From a virus (taxonomy: Duplodnaviria > Caudoviricetes), in the IMG/VR virus record IMGVR_UViG_3300045257_000499, positions 1 through 62,479 of that record: 62,479 bases of DNA; one strand, written 5' to 3'. Below, one piece after another: positions 9,675 to 18,663 of the stretch. Position numbers and translations under genes: made by a program. Within the stretch, counting starts at the first letter, position 1, and the number at the start of each line of letters is the position of its first letter. The notes beneath the pieces were generated by a model. It had not been told where the DNA came from and did no database searches. It saw nothing but the letters and a program-made list of their open reading frames with translations.

Positions 9675-9748
9675 CCGCCCGTCGTCTAGTGCCAGGACAC
9701 CGATTCCCTCGGATCGGGACGCAGGTGCAAACCCTGCCGGGCGGCCCA
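9675..9748 (+). tRNA. Atypical tRNA-Glu-like cloverleaf (8-nt anticodon loop, TGCAAAC T-loop)
   Basis: CCGCCCG/CGGGCGG acceptor plus C-CCA; GTCTAGTGCCAGGAC D arm; CCGAT/ATCGG; GCAGG/CCTGC. Confidence 0.65.
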
Positions 9749-9770
9749 TCCCCTACCAAGGAAGACGGCC

Positions 9771-9929
9771 GTGGGATTTGCGGCGAAGCAGGTGTACGGC
9801 CCTGATTCCCCGGGCCACAAGCGCCGACAGCAAGGCACGACGCTGACCAAGGTCAAGGCGATGATTCGCGAGCGCACGTCGTCGCGTCGCGAGATGGTCA
9901 ACCTCGGCCTCCTCGGGAACAAGCGGTGA
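9771..9929 (+). CDS. Small basic protein (52 aa, absent from ORF track)
   Basis: GTG start with AAGGAAG RBS and CCCTACCA upstream. Confidence 0.5.
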   Translation: MGFAAKQVYGPDSPGHKRRQQGTTLTKVKAMIRERTSSRREMVNLGLLGNKR

Positions 9930-9999
9930 TCCGGAGACTCATGGCCTTGCCGGCGCTCTATCGCTGGCTGCGCGACTTCGTCGAGGACGGAGCGCGCTG

Positions 10000-10563
10000 A
10001 TGGCTATCGGCGGTCACCACTCGCCAACCTCCAAGTCCGTCGACTGGCTCACGCCGCCGCGAATCATCGGGGCGCTCGGCAAGTTCGACCTCGACCCCGC
10101 GTGCCCGCCCAATATGCCGTGGCGCACGGCGACCGTGATGCTCACGCCGGAAGATGACGGCTTGGCGCACGATTGGTCGGTGTTTCCGCGCGTGTGGCTG
10201 AATCCGCCGTATGGGCAGGCAGAGGTACAGGGCCCGTGGCTGCGCAAGCTCGTGGAGCACGGCCGCGGCACCGCCCTGATTTTTGCGCGCACCGAGACCG
10301 AGCTGTTCTTCGAGTGCGTGTGGTCGAAGGCAACCGCGATCCTGTTTCTGGAGGGCCGGCTGTTCTTCCACTACGGCTGGCCGCATCACGACACCAAAAG
10401 CGGCCGCACCTACGCGGTAGGAGATCGGGCGGCGCACAACAGCGGCGCCCCCTCGGTGCTCGTGGCGTATGGCGGCGCGGACGCGGCCGCGCTCCACAGG
10501 AGCGGACTGCCCGGCCGCTACGTCCCGCTTTTCGTGACCACGCAGGTGAAGGCGGCGGCATGA
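10000..10563 (+). CDS. Phage DNA N6-adenine methyltransferase (Dam family)
   Basis: DWLTP, FDLDPA, DDGL, WLNPPYG, ARTET, GRL motifs. Confidence 0.88.
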   Translation: MAIGGHHSPTSKSVDWLTPPRIIGALGKFDLDPACPPNMPWRTATVMLTPEDDGLAHDWSVFPRVWLNPPYGQAEVQGPWLRKLVEHGRGTALIFARTETELFFECVWSKATAILFLEGRLFFHYGWPHHDTKSGRTYAVGDRAAHNSGAPSVLVAYGGADAAALHRSGLPGRYVPLFVTTQVKAAA

Positions 10564-10889
10564 CCGAGTTCGACGACGCGACCGAGCGAACCAAGCTCGC
10601 GCCGATCAAAATCCCCGACGAACGGCTCGCCCAGCTGAAGAGCGCGTTCGATGCGGAATCCCGCGATCGCGTCGACGGTCGCGAGGAAAAGGCCGCCGTT
10701 CGGCGCAAGGAAACAGTCGAGCAGGTCGTCATCGACCACAAGAGTCTGATTCGCGAGCTGGAGGTCGACGGGCTCGAGGAAATGACGGTAGAGCAACGCG
10801 ATTACGTCGAGCGCCAAATATCTGAGTTTATGGAGAAAATGACGACGCGGACAATCTTCGGCCTGTCCGTAACGGGGGGAACCGAATGA
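10560..10889 (+). CDS. Hypothetical protein
   Basis: ATGA-coupled, MTEFDDA... Confidence 0.65.
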   Translation: MTEFDDATERTKLAPIKIPDERLAQLKSAFDAESRDRVDGREEKAAVRRKETVEQVVIDHKSLIRELEVDGLEEMTVEQRDYVERQISEFMEKMTTRTIFGLSVTGGTE

Positions 10890-11089
10890 ACGAACCGATT
10901 GTCCTGCTGGTGCCGGTCGGTGTCAGCGTGATTCCGTCGTTGCTGACGTACGCGGCGTTCAGGCGCGCTCTGACGCACCCGGTCACCGACCGAATCGATC
11001 GCCCGATCTATCTCGGTTGCGCCACTATTCTCAGCGGCATCGCCTGGGTCGCGTACAGCGTGGTCGCGAGCGTCACGGGTAACTGGTGA
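10886..11089 (+). CDS. Small membrane protein
   Basis: Two hydrophobic segments, coupled. Confidence 0.6.
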   Translation: MNEPIVLLVPVGVSVIPSLLTYAAFRRALTHPVTDRIDRPIYLGCATILSGIAWVAYSVVASVTGNW

Positions 11090-11313
11090 TGGCTCCGGCG
11101 TACCAAGTCCGCGGCACCGAGGATGGAGCCGAGCTGCTCGACCCCCGGGGAGAGCCGCTTGGCCGCATCCTTGGCGTTTCCTTCGTGCCGTCCAGAGATG
11201 GCCGGACGGAAAACGATTTCGCCTTCCGCGTCCTCAACGACGTCGGCCACTGCACGATCCAGGTCCGGACCATCGAGGGCTTTCACGCTCTGCCGCCCCG
11301 GCTGGTCGCGTGA
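11086..11313 (+). CDS. Hypothetical protein
   Basis: Coupled ORF. Confidence 0.5.
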   Translation: MMAPAYQVRGTEDGAELLDPRGEPLGRILGVSFVPSRDGRTENDFAFRVLNDVGHCTIQVRTIEGFHALPPRLVA

Positions 11314-11405
11314 CCAAGGCATTCCCCATCGCCGTCATCGCTCTCCAGGCGGGATTGGTCTGCCTCGACGCGGATCGGCACGTGGTCATCCCGGAGTAGA
11401 CGTTC

Positions 11406-12890
11406 ATGGTCGCCCGCCAGCAACTCGGGGACATCTTCCTCGGCATCACGCCCGCGGCAATCCGCTCCTACATGCTCAAAGCCTTCCAAGGCGCCAAAGC
11501 CTCGGGACGCTATGACCGCGTCGTGATTCCCTGCGCCGGCCGCTTCACCATTGCCGAGGCAGCCATCGATGCAGGATGGAAGCCCGAACAGATCGAGTGC
11601 TCCGACATCTCCCTGTTCTCCACCGTCCTCGGATACGCCTGTGCCGGGAGGGACTTGGAAGAATTGGGCGTGACGTTTCACGACCATTTGCAACATCTTC
11701 ACGCGCGCGCGCGGGCGCGAGGCGATTTGAGCCTGTTGCCGGCCGCGGTGCTCTACGGGCTGAAGGTCTGCCAGCTCAAGGAAGACGTGTTCTATGAGCG
11801 GATGGTGCGGGACGAGTTGCTGCGCGACCCGGACCACTACATCGCCCAGCTCGCCGAGCAGGTGGGGCAGCTGACCGAGAAGCTGAAGGGCATCCGGTAC
11901 AGCGTGGCGGACATCACGGCGGTGTGCCTGTCGGACGAGAGCGATCCGAGGGCGCTGATCTACTGCAACCCCCCGGGCTTTTCCCGGGGCTACGCGAAGA
12001 TGTTCGACACCAAGGGCGCGATCACCTGGCATGACCCGCGTATCCCGGAGTTCGACGCCAGAGCATCGCGGCTCAAGCTCTACCAGCTCCTCCTCCCGGA
12101 GAGGACGCCCGCATTGACCTTCATGTTCCGGTCGAAGGCGATCGAGGAGGGTTATGGGGGCAAGGGCGTCTTCGCCGCTGAGCGGAACCGAGCGGTCGAC
12201 TACGTGCTGTGCACCCGGCCGGATGAGGCGGAAACGCTGGTCAAGCAGAGGGGCGAGACGAAGATCGCGCCGGCGAAGATTCCGTTCCTGCCGGACGACT
12301 ACGAGATCACCCCGGAGTCCAAGATCGGCTTCATCGAGGTGACGAAGAACGTCGCGCTCTACTACCGCGACCTTTTTGCGCACAAGCTGCCGGCGACGCG
12401 GACCGAGCGCTACTTCCTGACCACGCTCGACGGCTACTTGATGGCCGTGCTCGGCATGCACTTCTCCGACCTGACGATGGGGAAGTCGACGACGGTGCAC
12501 GAGACGTTCGGCTTCACGGCGCCGAACAAGCGTTACCCGCGAATCAACCATCTGTTCATGATGGCGATCACGAACGACGACGCGCGCAAGTTCTTCGGCC
12601 GCATGGCCTATGGCGCGCTCTCTGAGCCGTGGCGGTTCCAGACGACCTGCATCTCGACGACGCCCGAGCAGAAATCGCACCGCTCGACCAAAATGAAGCT
12701 CATCACGCGAGAACCCTGGGGAGACGGGCGGTTCAAGCTTGTTTACGGCGGGCCGTTCCGGAAAGAGACGATGGCGGAGACGGTCGCGGCGTGGCTCAAG
12801 AAAATGCGCGCGGTCGAGAAGCAGACCGGTAGGCCGATGGGCGTGACGAAGATCCCGGACAAGCTGGTGAAGGACGACGAGGCGGCGTGA
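11406..12890 (+). CDS. Putative adenine methyltransferase-like (anti-restriction type) protein with extra C-terminal domain
   Basis: VVIPCAGRF (motif I-like), ECSD, IYCNPPGF (motif IV-like). Confidence 0.65.
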   Translation: MVARQQLGDIFLGITPAAIRSYMLKAFQGAKASGRYDRVVIPCAGRFTIAEAAIDAGWKPEQIECSDISLFSTVLGYACAGRDLEELGVTFHDHLQHLHARARARGDLSLLPAAVLYGLKVCQLKEDVFYERMVRDELLRDPDHYIAQLAEQVGQLTEKLKGIRYSVADITAVCLSDESDPRALIYCNPPGFSRGYAKMFDTKGAITWHDPRIPEFDARASRLKLYQLLLPERTPALTFMFRSKAIEEGYGGKGVFAAERNRAVDYVLCTRPDEAETLVKQRGETKIAPAKIPFLPDDYEITPESKIGFIEVTKNVALYYRDLFAHKLPATRTERYFLTTLDGYLMAVLGMHFSDLTMGKSTTVHETFGFTAPNKRYPRINHLFMMAITNDDARKFFGRMAYGALSEPWRFQTTCISTTPEQKSHRSTKMKLITREPWGDGRFKLVYGGPFRKETMAETVAAWLKKMRAVEKQTGRPMGVTKIPDKLVKDDEAA

Positions 12891-12944
12891 TGGCGACCTC
12901 GCTGCCGGCCTTCGTCTTCGACCGCATCTATGGGGAGAGGGGCA

Positions 12945-13367
12945 ATGAAGGTGATTCGCTCGCTGTTCGACCGTTTGCGCAGGAAGGCGCATGACGCTGG
13001 CGCCAATGTCGGGCTCGCGCCCGATGGCTCGCCGGTGTCCTCCTGGATCGAGCACAGGTTCGAGCCGAAAGCCGACATCACCACGCAAGAGCTGGCGAAG
13101 ATCGTGCAATATTGCGTGCTGGGAGAGGTGCCGCTGTATTTCCCCAAGGCGCGCGAGTCGGTGAAGCGGACGTTCACTGATGAGCAGTGGGCCTGGCTCG
13201 ATCACCTGCGCCAGCGGCACTTCAGACCGCTGCGGCGGCGTGCGGAGGAGTTCGGGGGAACTCTCTGGACGTGCGCCACGCACGGCGGCGCCTTCAGGAA
13301 CATCGAGGGCTGCGCCGCGTGCATCGCGGAGGGTCGTACGTGCCCGGCGAGCCCGGTGAAGTCGTGA
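12945..13367 (+). CDS. Hypothetical protein with C-terminal Cys/His cluster
   Basis: GGAGAGG RBS; CATH...CAAC. Confidence 0.6.
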   Translation: MKVIRSLFDRLRRKAHDAGANVGLAPDGSPVSSWIEHRFEPKADITTQELAKIVQYCVLGEVPLYFPKARESVKRTFTDEQWAWLDHLRQRHFRPLRRRAEEFGGTLWTCATHGGAFRNIEGCAACIAEGRTCPASPVKS

Positions 13368-13996
13368 TGCAGAGCGTGACCATCGCCTACGACCAAGCCT
13401 TCTACTCGGCCTATCTGCGCTACCTGGCTGAGCCTGTGGTGCGGAGGAATCACGACGAGATGTTCGAGTTCTTCCGCCGGTGGACCGGACCCTGCTCGTT
13501 GCAGGTCGGGCCCTGGCTCAGCGTGGTCGATCTCGGCTGCGGGCTCGGCGAGTTCGAGCGCCACGGCGACTGGCGCAGGTACGTGGGAGTTGACCGCAAC
13601 GATACCGGCAAGGTGAAGGATTTCATCCACGGCGACTACAGCGATCTCGCCGGCGTCAAGGCGCTCTTGCGCTGGGAGCCCGATGCCTTCGTGAGCCTGT
13701 TCTCGATTGAGGCGTGCTTTCTGCCGGACGAGCGCTACACGCTGTACGACCGCGTGTTCGACGCGTGGCCCTCGATCCGCTTCGGAATGGTCAGTGGCTT
13801 CTACTACCAGAACCGACTGGATGAGCCTGTGGTCAGCGAAGCGGGCGGCGCGATCGTGAGCTGCCAGACCATCGAGAAGCAGGCCGACTTCCTCTCGTCG
13901 CGGTTCTTCGAGGTGCGCACGTCTCTGCGCACGCCGTCTGAGCTGTTCGGCGACGACGTGGTCGAGGTGTGGAAGTTCTTTGCGCGCAGGGCGTGA
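13367..13996 (+). CDS. Class I SAM-dependent methyltransferase
   Basis: VVDLGCGLG, YVGVD, HGD. Confidence 0.75.
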   Translation: MQSVTIAYDQAFYSAYLRYLAEPVVRRNHDEMFEFFRRWTGPCSLQVGPWLSVVDLGCGLGEFERHGDWRRYVGVDRNDTGKVKDFIHGDYSDLAGVKALLRWEPDAFVSLFSIEACFLPDERYTLYDRVFDAWPSIRFGMVSGFYYQNRLDEPVVSEAGGAIVSCQTIEKQADFLSSRFFEVRTSLRTPSELFGDDVVEVWKFFARRA

Positions 13997-14162
13997 TGGC
14001 GAAGCCGTGGGGCGCCTCGGAGATGCTTCGCCGCGCGGCTGAGTGCGCGGGGAGCGCGCGCGTCACCCCCTAAACCTGTTGGCAACTTCTCGACGCGCAT
14101 GACGCGCGTCCGCGGCGCAACCTACAAGCCCGCTCGTCGTCATCGTCGTGCTGCCGCACGGC

Positions 14163-14322
14163 GGTTGCCGGGAGCGGAGACGGGGCTGCTGCCACTCAGC
14201 CCTCCGCTCCCGGCCGGCGACCAAACGCAGAGGGGAGCCTGAGGCGCGAGAGCGAACCTCCGCGCGCGTAACGACTTCCGCAGGTGGGTGAGAGAGGGGC
14301 CAACCCCTCCCGCCCGTCTGCG
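14163..14322 (+). ncRNA. Structured leader or ncRNA candidate
   Basis: Three strong hairpins in intergenic DNA. Confidence 0.45.
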
Positions 14323-14351
14323 CCCCTACCAACGAAGCAACGGAGACGGAG

Positions 14352-14819
14352 ATGAGGTTTTGGATTCGGCTCGTGGTCGACATCCTCATCGGCCTCGCGA
14401 TCCTTCTGGTGATCGGCTTGGTCTTCGGCGTGTGGTTCGGCATCCGCACTGCCCACGGCCGCGACCTCGGCCAGTGGGGTAACGCCGACCCGGCGATCTC
14501 GCGGTGGTTCAAGTCGCTCCAGCAGCCGGACGTCGAAGCGTCGTGCTGCGGCGAGGCCGACGCCTACTGGGCAGACGGATTCGATTCCAACAAAGACGGG
14601 AACTATATCGCGATCATCACGGATGAGCGCGACGACACCGCACTCGTGCGGCGCCACATCCCGGTCGGCACGCGCATCACGATCCCGAAAGAAAAGGTCA
14701 AGTGGGACCAAGGCAACCCGACCGGCCACGGCGTCGTGTTCGTCGCGTCGACTGACTACGACGCGAACACCCCGCAGGGGTTCTGGGTCTACTGCTACGT
14801 GCCGCCGGGAGGGGCGTGA
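14352..14819 (+). CDS. Exported Cys-containing protein
   Basis: N-terminal TM segment; SCCGEADAYWAD; YCYVPP. Confidence 0.75.
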   Translation: MRFWIRLVVDILIGLAILLVIGLVFGVWFGIRTAHGRDLGQWGNADPAISRWFKSLQQPDVEASCCGEADAYWADGFDSNKDGNYIAIITDERDDTALVRRHIPVGTRITIPKEKVKWDQGNPTGHGVVFVASTDYDANTPQGFWVYCYVPPGGA

Positions 14820-14820
14820 G

Positions 14821-14967
14821 ATGTGGACGGTGTTTTATCTGAAGTGGCCGCGGGATGGCTGGGCTGCGTTCGGCGTGTGCGGATACCAGGATTGTTGCGA
14901 GGTGTTCGGGACGGCCGAGCAGGTCCTCCTCCTCGGGCTGACGTACGCCGAGGCGGCGGGGCTGTGA
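14821..14967 (+). CDS. Small hypothetical protein
   Basis: GGAGG RBS, MWTVFYL... Confidence 0.4.
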   Translation: MWTVFYLKWPRDGWAAFGVCGYQDCCEVFGTAEQVLLLGLTYAEAAGL

Positions 14968-14982
14968 GCCCCGGGAGGGGCG

Positions 14983-15168
14983 GTGATGGCGACGGCGCAG
15001 CAAATCGAGAGGGCAGCGCAAGCCATATGGATCGCGCGGCGCGCCAAGCTCGCGCTGCAAGGCGTCACCAGGGCGTGCCTGCCGTGGTCGCAGGAAGACG
15101 AGAGGGTGAAGGAGGCGGTGCGGCTCGAGGCGGCCGCGGCTCTCAATAGCTACGAGGAGGCGGAATGA
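14983..15168 (+). CDS. Hypothetical protein
   Basis: GGAGG RBS, coupled. Confidence 0.55.
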   Translation: MMATAQQIERAAQAIWIARRAKLALQGVTRACLPWSQEDERVKEAVRLEAAAALNSYEEAE

Positions 15169-15386
15169 GCAAGCGAACCAAACAAGTTACGTGGCGTGAC
15201 GCCGAGCTCGGCGTGCTGCGTACGTGCTGGGGACGCATCTCGTTGCTGTCGATCGCGGAGCGGCTTGGCTGGCGCCGCTCTGTCAATGCGCTGCTCGGCA
15301 AGGCTCTGCGGATCGGGCTCTCGGTGAAGCCATACCGCGAAGCCTACGCGCAGAGCCCGTACCGAAACGCGGTGCTCGTGTCGTGA
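15165..15386 (+). CDS. GcrA N-terminal-like HTH protein
   Basis: W...EL..LR..W....S...IAERLG..RSVNALLGKA.RIGL pattern. Confidence 0.65.
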   Translation: MSKRTKQVTWRDAELGVLRTCWGRISLLSIAERLGWRRSVNALLGKALRIGLSVKPYREAYAQSPYRNAVLVS

Positions 15387-15502
15387 GGTCGTCGACGGGA
15401 CAATCCCTGGTTCCTGCCGGGGCTGCAACGCTGTTTCGCTGAGGCGCCTGGCAGCGGCCGTGAGCGCCGTCGTGGCGCGTCTGCTGGATCTCGGAGGGGG
15501 AA

Positions 15503-15910
15503 GTGATGGGAGAGAACCTGCACGCCGATGGATGCCTCGAAGTGGGCATCGGGGAGGGGGCGTCGGTTGACGGCACGCTCTACCTCAATGGCAAGCAACT
15601 GCCGGTCCATGACGTGCGGCTGGGGCACGCCGGCCCGGTCGAAGCGGTCAAGTTGTGGCAGCTCATCGTGAACGCGCGCCAGCTCGTCATCGACGGCGGC
15701 GGCTCGCGCTCGCGCGCGGTCGAGTTCGTGCGGCGCGCGGTCGTTGACGCCTTCGGCGATTACCCGCTCACGGTCGTCAACACGAGCGGCGAGACCTGGT
15801 CGTTGAACGGTGTCATCGAGACGCCCGGGCGCGCCGGCTACCTTACGGTGCTCTGCGCCGACGACGGCGGCCGCTACGCGCTGCACCTGCCCGACTCGAT
15901 TGTGGAGTGA
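15503..15910 (+). CDS. Hypothetical protein
   Basis: GGAGGG RBS. Confidence 0.6.
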   Translation: MMGENLHADGCLEVGIGEGASVDGTLYLNGKQLPVHDVRLGHAGPVEAVKLWQLIVNARQLVIDGGGSRSRAVEFVRRAVVDAFGDYPLTVVNTSGETWSLNGVIETPGRAGYLTVLCADDGGRYALHLPDSIVE

Positions 15911-15916
15911 CCAGGC

Positions 15917-16228
15917 GTGAGCAAACCCTCCGGCCTGCGCCACCGCGACGACAATCTCTGGAGCCGCAGTCACGCCTACCGCAAAGGCTACCACGCTGGC
16001 CGCATGGACGAGCGCGAAGACAAGATGGCGCGCCCGGTGCTGATTCAGTTTCGTTTTGAGGACGGCCGCGTGGTCAATCTCAACGAAGCTGTTGGCAACT
16101 TGGCGAAAGTTGGACTCAAGATCGTTCCGGTCGATCAGCCTGACATGCAACCCCGACTCAGAGCGGGGGAAGTCCCTACCGAGGAGACAGCATGTCGGAC
16201 ACCAAATACTACGTCGTCGGCTTCTTGA
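15917..16228 (+). CDS. Hypothetical protein
   Basis: GGAG RBS, GTG start. Confidence 0.5.
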   Translation: MSKPSGLRHRDDNLWSRSHAYRKGYHAGRMDEREDKMARPVLIQFRFEDGRVVNLNEAVGNLAKVGLKIVPVDQPDMQPRLRAGEVPTEETACRTPNTTSSAS

Positions 16229-16653
16229 GGGAGAAGGCCACCGGCGACGTCATCTTCATTCGCAAACAAAAGCCGCAGTGGCAGAAGGGCAGGCTCAACG
16301 GCGTCGGCGGGAAGATCGAACAGGGCGAGACGCCGCTTCAGGCGATGGCTCGCGAGTTCCACGAGGAAGTCGGCTTCGAGCACAGGGAGTGGCGCCAGTT
16401 TGCGCTCCTGACGGATCGCACGCCCAGCGATAACCGCTCGGTCGTCTACTGCTTCGCAGCCGAGGTCGATGAGTTTCCGGGCTGGCCGGATCAAGACCTG
16501 CCCCGGCGCGTGACGGACGTAGGCGAGGGGATCGAGCTGCACGATCCGCTCAAAATCCCCGGCCGGCTCGACATCATTCCGAACCTGGCGTGGCTCGTGC
16601 CGCTCGCGTTTTTCGATCAAGACGCGCCGGTGGTGGTCGCACAGGCGGCTTGA
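16192..16653 (+). CDS. NUDIX hydrolase
   Basis: GGKIEQGETPLQAMAREFHEEVG Nudix box. Confidence 0.9.
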   Translation: MSDTKYYVVGFLREKATGDVIFIRKQKPQWQKGRLNGVGGKIEQGETPLQAMAREFHEEVGFEHREWRQFALLTDRTPSDNRSVVYCFAAEVDEFPGWPDQDLPRRVTDVGEGIELHDPLKIPGRLDIIPNLAWLVPLAFFDQDAPVVVAQAA

Positions 16654-16660
16654 GTTCGCT

Positions 16661-17605
16661 GTGACCGAGACCTGCCCGGCCTGCCGAGGCGAGAGCGCCG
16701 ACATGGCTAACCCTCCTTGTGACCAGTGTCACTGCACGGGGCGGCAGTCGCGCACGATGAAGTGGGATCGCCGCTTTCTGCGCATGGCGTGCGAGGTGTC
16801 GACCTGGTCGAAGGACCCGAGCACGAAGGTTGGCGCCGTCATCGTCGACGCCGAGCGTAACCCGGTCAGCTGGGCGTTCAACGATTTCCCGCACGGCATC
16901 GAGTCGACGGAGGAGCGCTGGAACGACCGGCCGACCAAATACGGGCTGGTGCTACACGCCGAAGTCGGCGCCATCCTCAAAGGCGACCGCGCGCGCATGC
17001 GCGGCGCGACGCTGTATGTCTCGGGCGCGCCGCCGTGCGCCGATCAGTGCGCTCGCCCGATCATCGCGGCCGGCATCCTGCGCGTGGTGGGACCGCACCG
17101 GCCGTGGAAGGGGCGCGAGGAAGACTGCCAGCGCGGTGCGGACATGCTGCGCGAGGCCGGCATCGAAATCAGCTACGTCGACTTGCCGCTGGATGGTCGC
17201 TTCGTCGGCATCGACATGGGTAAGCCGGGCGACGACACGACCGTCGTAACAACGATCGAGCACGGAGTCGTAACCGGCGTTCTGGTCGATCCGCCGCGCG
17301 AGTATCTCGAGATGCTCGAGCGCGACGCGTCCAGCGAACGCTTCCGCGACCTGTATCTGCAAACGCCGGTGCCCGCCGACATCGTCGTGGTGGGCCAGTC
17401 AGAGGCTCGCGCGCGCCGCTGGGCCGAGAAGAACATGAAACACTCGTTCGATGTCATGTCGTTCGAGCAACTCGTGGCTGCTCGCCCGGCGCGTCGGTAC
17501 GCGGCGGCCCTCGTTGTCGACCATCCGTCGGCAACGCTTGATCTTCCTGCTCTCGACGCGGCGCTGCGCAGCCTCGCTGATGTTGTCGAAGTTCATCGAG
17601 GGTGA
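16661..17605 (+). CDS. dCMP deaminase with long C-terminal extension
   Basis: SKDPSTKVGA, HAE, PPCADQC. Confidence 0.85.
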   Translation: MTETCPACRGESADMANPPCDQCHCTGRQSRTMKWDRRFLRMACEVSTWSKDPSTKVGAVIVDAERNPVSWAFNDFPHGIESTEERWNDRPTKYGLVLHAEVGAILKGDRARMRGATLYVSGAPPCADQCARPIIAAGILRVVGPHRPWKGREEDCQRGADMLREAGIEISYVDLPLDGRFVGIDMGKPGDDTTVVTTIEHGVVTGVLVDPPREYLEMLERDASSERFRDLYLQTPVPADIVVVGQSEARARRWAEKNMKHSFDVMSFEQLVAARPARRYAAALVVDHPSATLDLPALDAALRSLADVVEVHRG

Positions 17606-17943
17606 CCATGGAAAACGTCTTCGATTTACAGCGCCGCCGGGCTCTCGCCCCGGCCGCAAAGCCGAAGGGGCCGCCCGAGTTCATGCTCCGCCTGCCTCAC
17701 GCCGGCAACGTGGGGCGCGTCGATCAAGTCCAGTTGCCCAAGGCGGAGCTCAAAGCCGCGTTCGAGGCGATGCGCGGGTTCAAGCGCATAGCCGAGCGCG
17801 CCGGCGAGTTCTCGAAGGTCGCGTGGTTCCTGCGCGCGGCCGTGCCTGAGATCGACGTAGACAAGGCCGTCGCGGTCGGGATCTGCATCTCGACCTGGAT
17901 CATCACGGGCGAAATGCCAAAGACCGAAAAGGAAGGCCAATGA
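17602..17943 (+). CDS. Hypothetical protein
   Basis: Coupled ORF. Confidence 0.6.
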   Translation: MTMENVFDLQRRRALAPAAKPKGPPEFMLRLPHAGNVGRVDQVQLPKAELKAAFEAMRGFKRIAERAGEFSKVAWFLRAAVPEIDVDKAVAVGICISTWIITGEMPKTEKEGQ

Positions 17944-18125
17944 CGCCGCAGGAAAAGAGCTGGCTCGCGCTGGCCTTCATTCTTCTGATGGGTGCCGCTG
18001 GCGCGCTCGCCACACGTTGGCTCCTCAACAAGTTCGACAGCAAGTTCGACAAGTCCAACTCCGGCTCCGAAGACGCCGCCGCTCTCGCAGTCGAGGAAAC
18101 CGAAACGGCGGCGGGGAGGTGGTAA
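17940..18125 (+). CDS. Small membrane protein
   Basis: One TM segment, coupled. Confidence 0.55.
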   Translation: MTPQEKSWLALAFILLMGAAGALATRWLLNKFDSKFDKSNSGSEDAAALAVEETETAAGRW

Positions 18126-18127
18126 CC

Positions 18128-18433
18128 ATGTTCAAAATCATCATCGCCGCTGCCGCGCTCATCGCGGCCGCAGCCCTCACGCAAACCGCGCCGGCGCAGA
18201 CGATCGCCCACCGCTATCCGGTCTATCCGCCGAAGGCGCGGCCGAGCGCGGAAGACAGCGCGCCGCAGCTTACGGTGGATGCGCTCAAGGGCGCGCTCTC
18301 GCTCTCCGGCTTCAAAATCGGCGCGCAGTTTCCGATTGGCCAGTGGCAATACCGGGTCACGCGGTTTGATCTGCGGGCCGGCCGCAACGCCGGCGAGTTC
18401 GTCGCCGACGTCGTCGTCGTTCCTGTCCGGTGA
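18128..18433 (+). CDS. Secreted hypothetical protein
   Basis: MFKIIIAAAALIAAAAL signal peptide; GGAGG RBS. Confidence 0.65.
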   Translation: MFKIIIAAAALIAAAALTQTAPAQTIAHRYPVYPPKARPSAEDSAPQLTVDALKGALSLSGFKIGAQFPIGQWQYRVTRFDLRAGRNAGEFVADVVVVPVR

Positions 18434-18633
18434 CCGCCGTCTCCGCCCGTTGCAGCGCCGATATCGCCGCGATGCTCGGCGCGCGGTGCTTCGTCCCCGG
18501 GATGCACAACCCATCATTCGCGGCGGCGACCGTGAAGTCCGGCCGCTGCATCCTGCTCCACGCGCACGAGGGCACGATGTGGTTATGGCCGGTTGTGCAG
18601 GAAATGCGGCACGTCAAAAGAACAATCCGGTGA
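18430..18633 (+). CDS. Hypothetical protein
   Basis: Coupled ORF. Confidence 0.4.
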   Translation: MTAVSARCSADIAAMLGARCFVPGMHNPSFAAATVKSGRCILLHAHEGTMWLWPVVQEMRHVKRTIR

Positions 18634-18663
18634 TAAGCCGACCGCTGACCCAAGAGAACGGAA

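Noticed and set aside
11283-13283. 666-aa minus-strand ORF
   Set aside because: Antisense shadow of the MTase-like gene; Arg/Gly-rich, no motifs, typical of high-GC DNA
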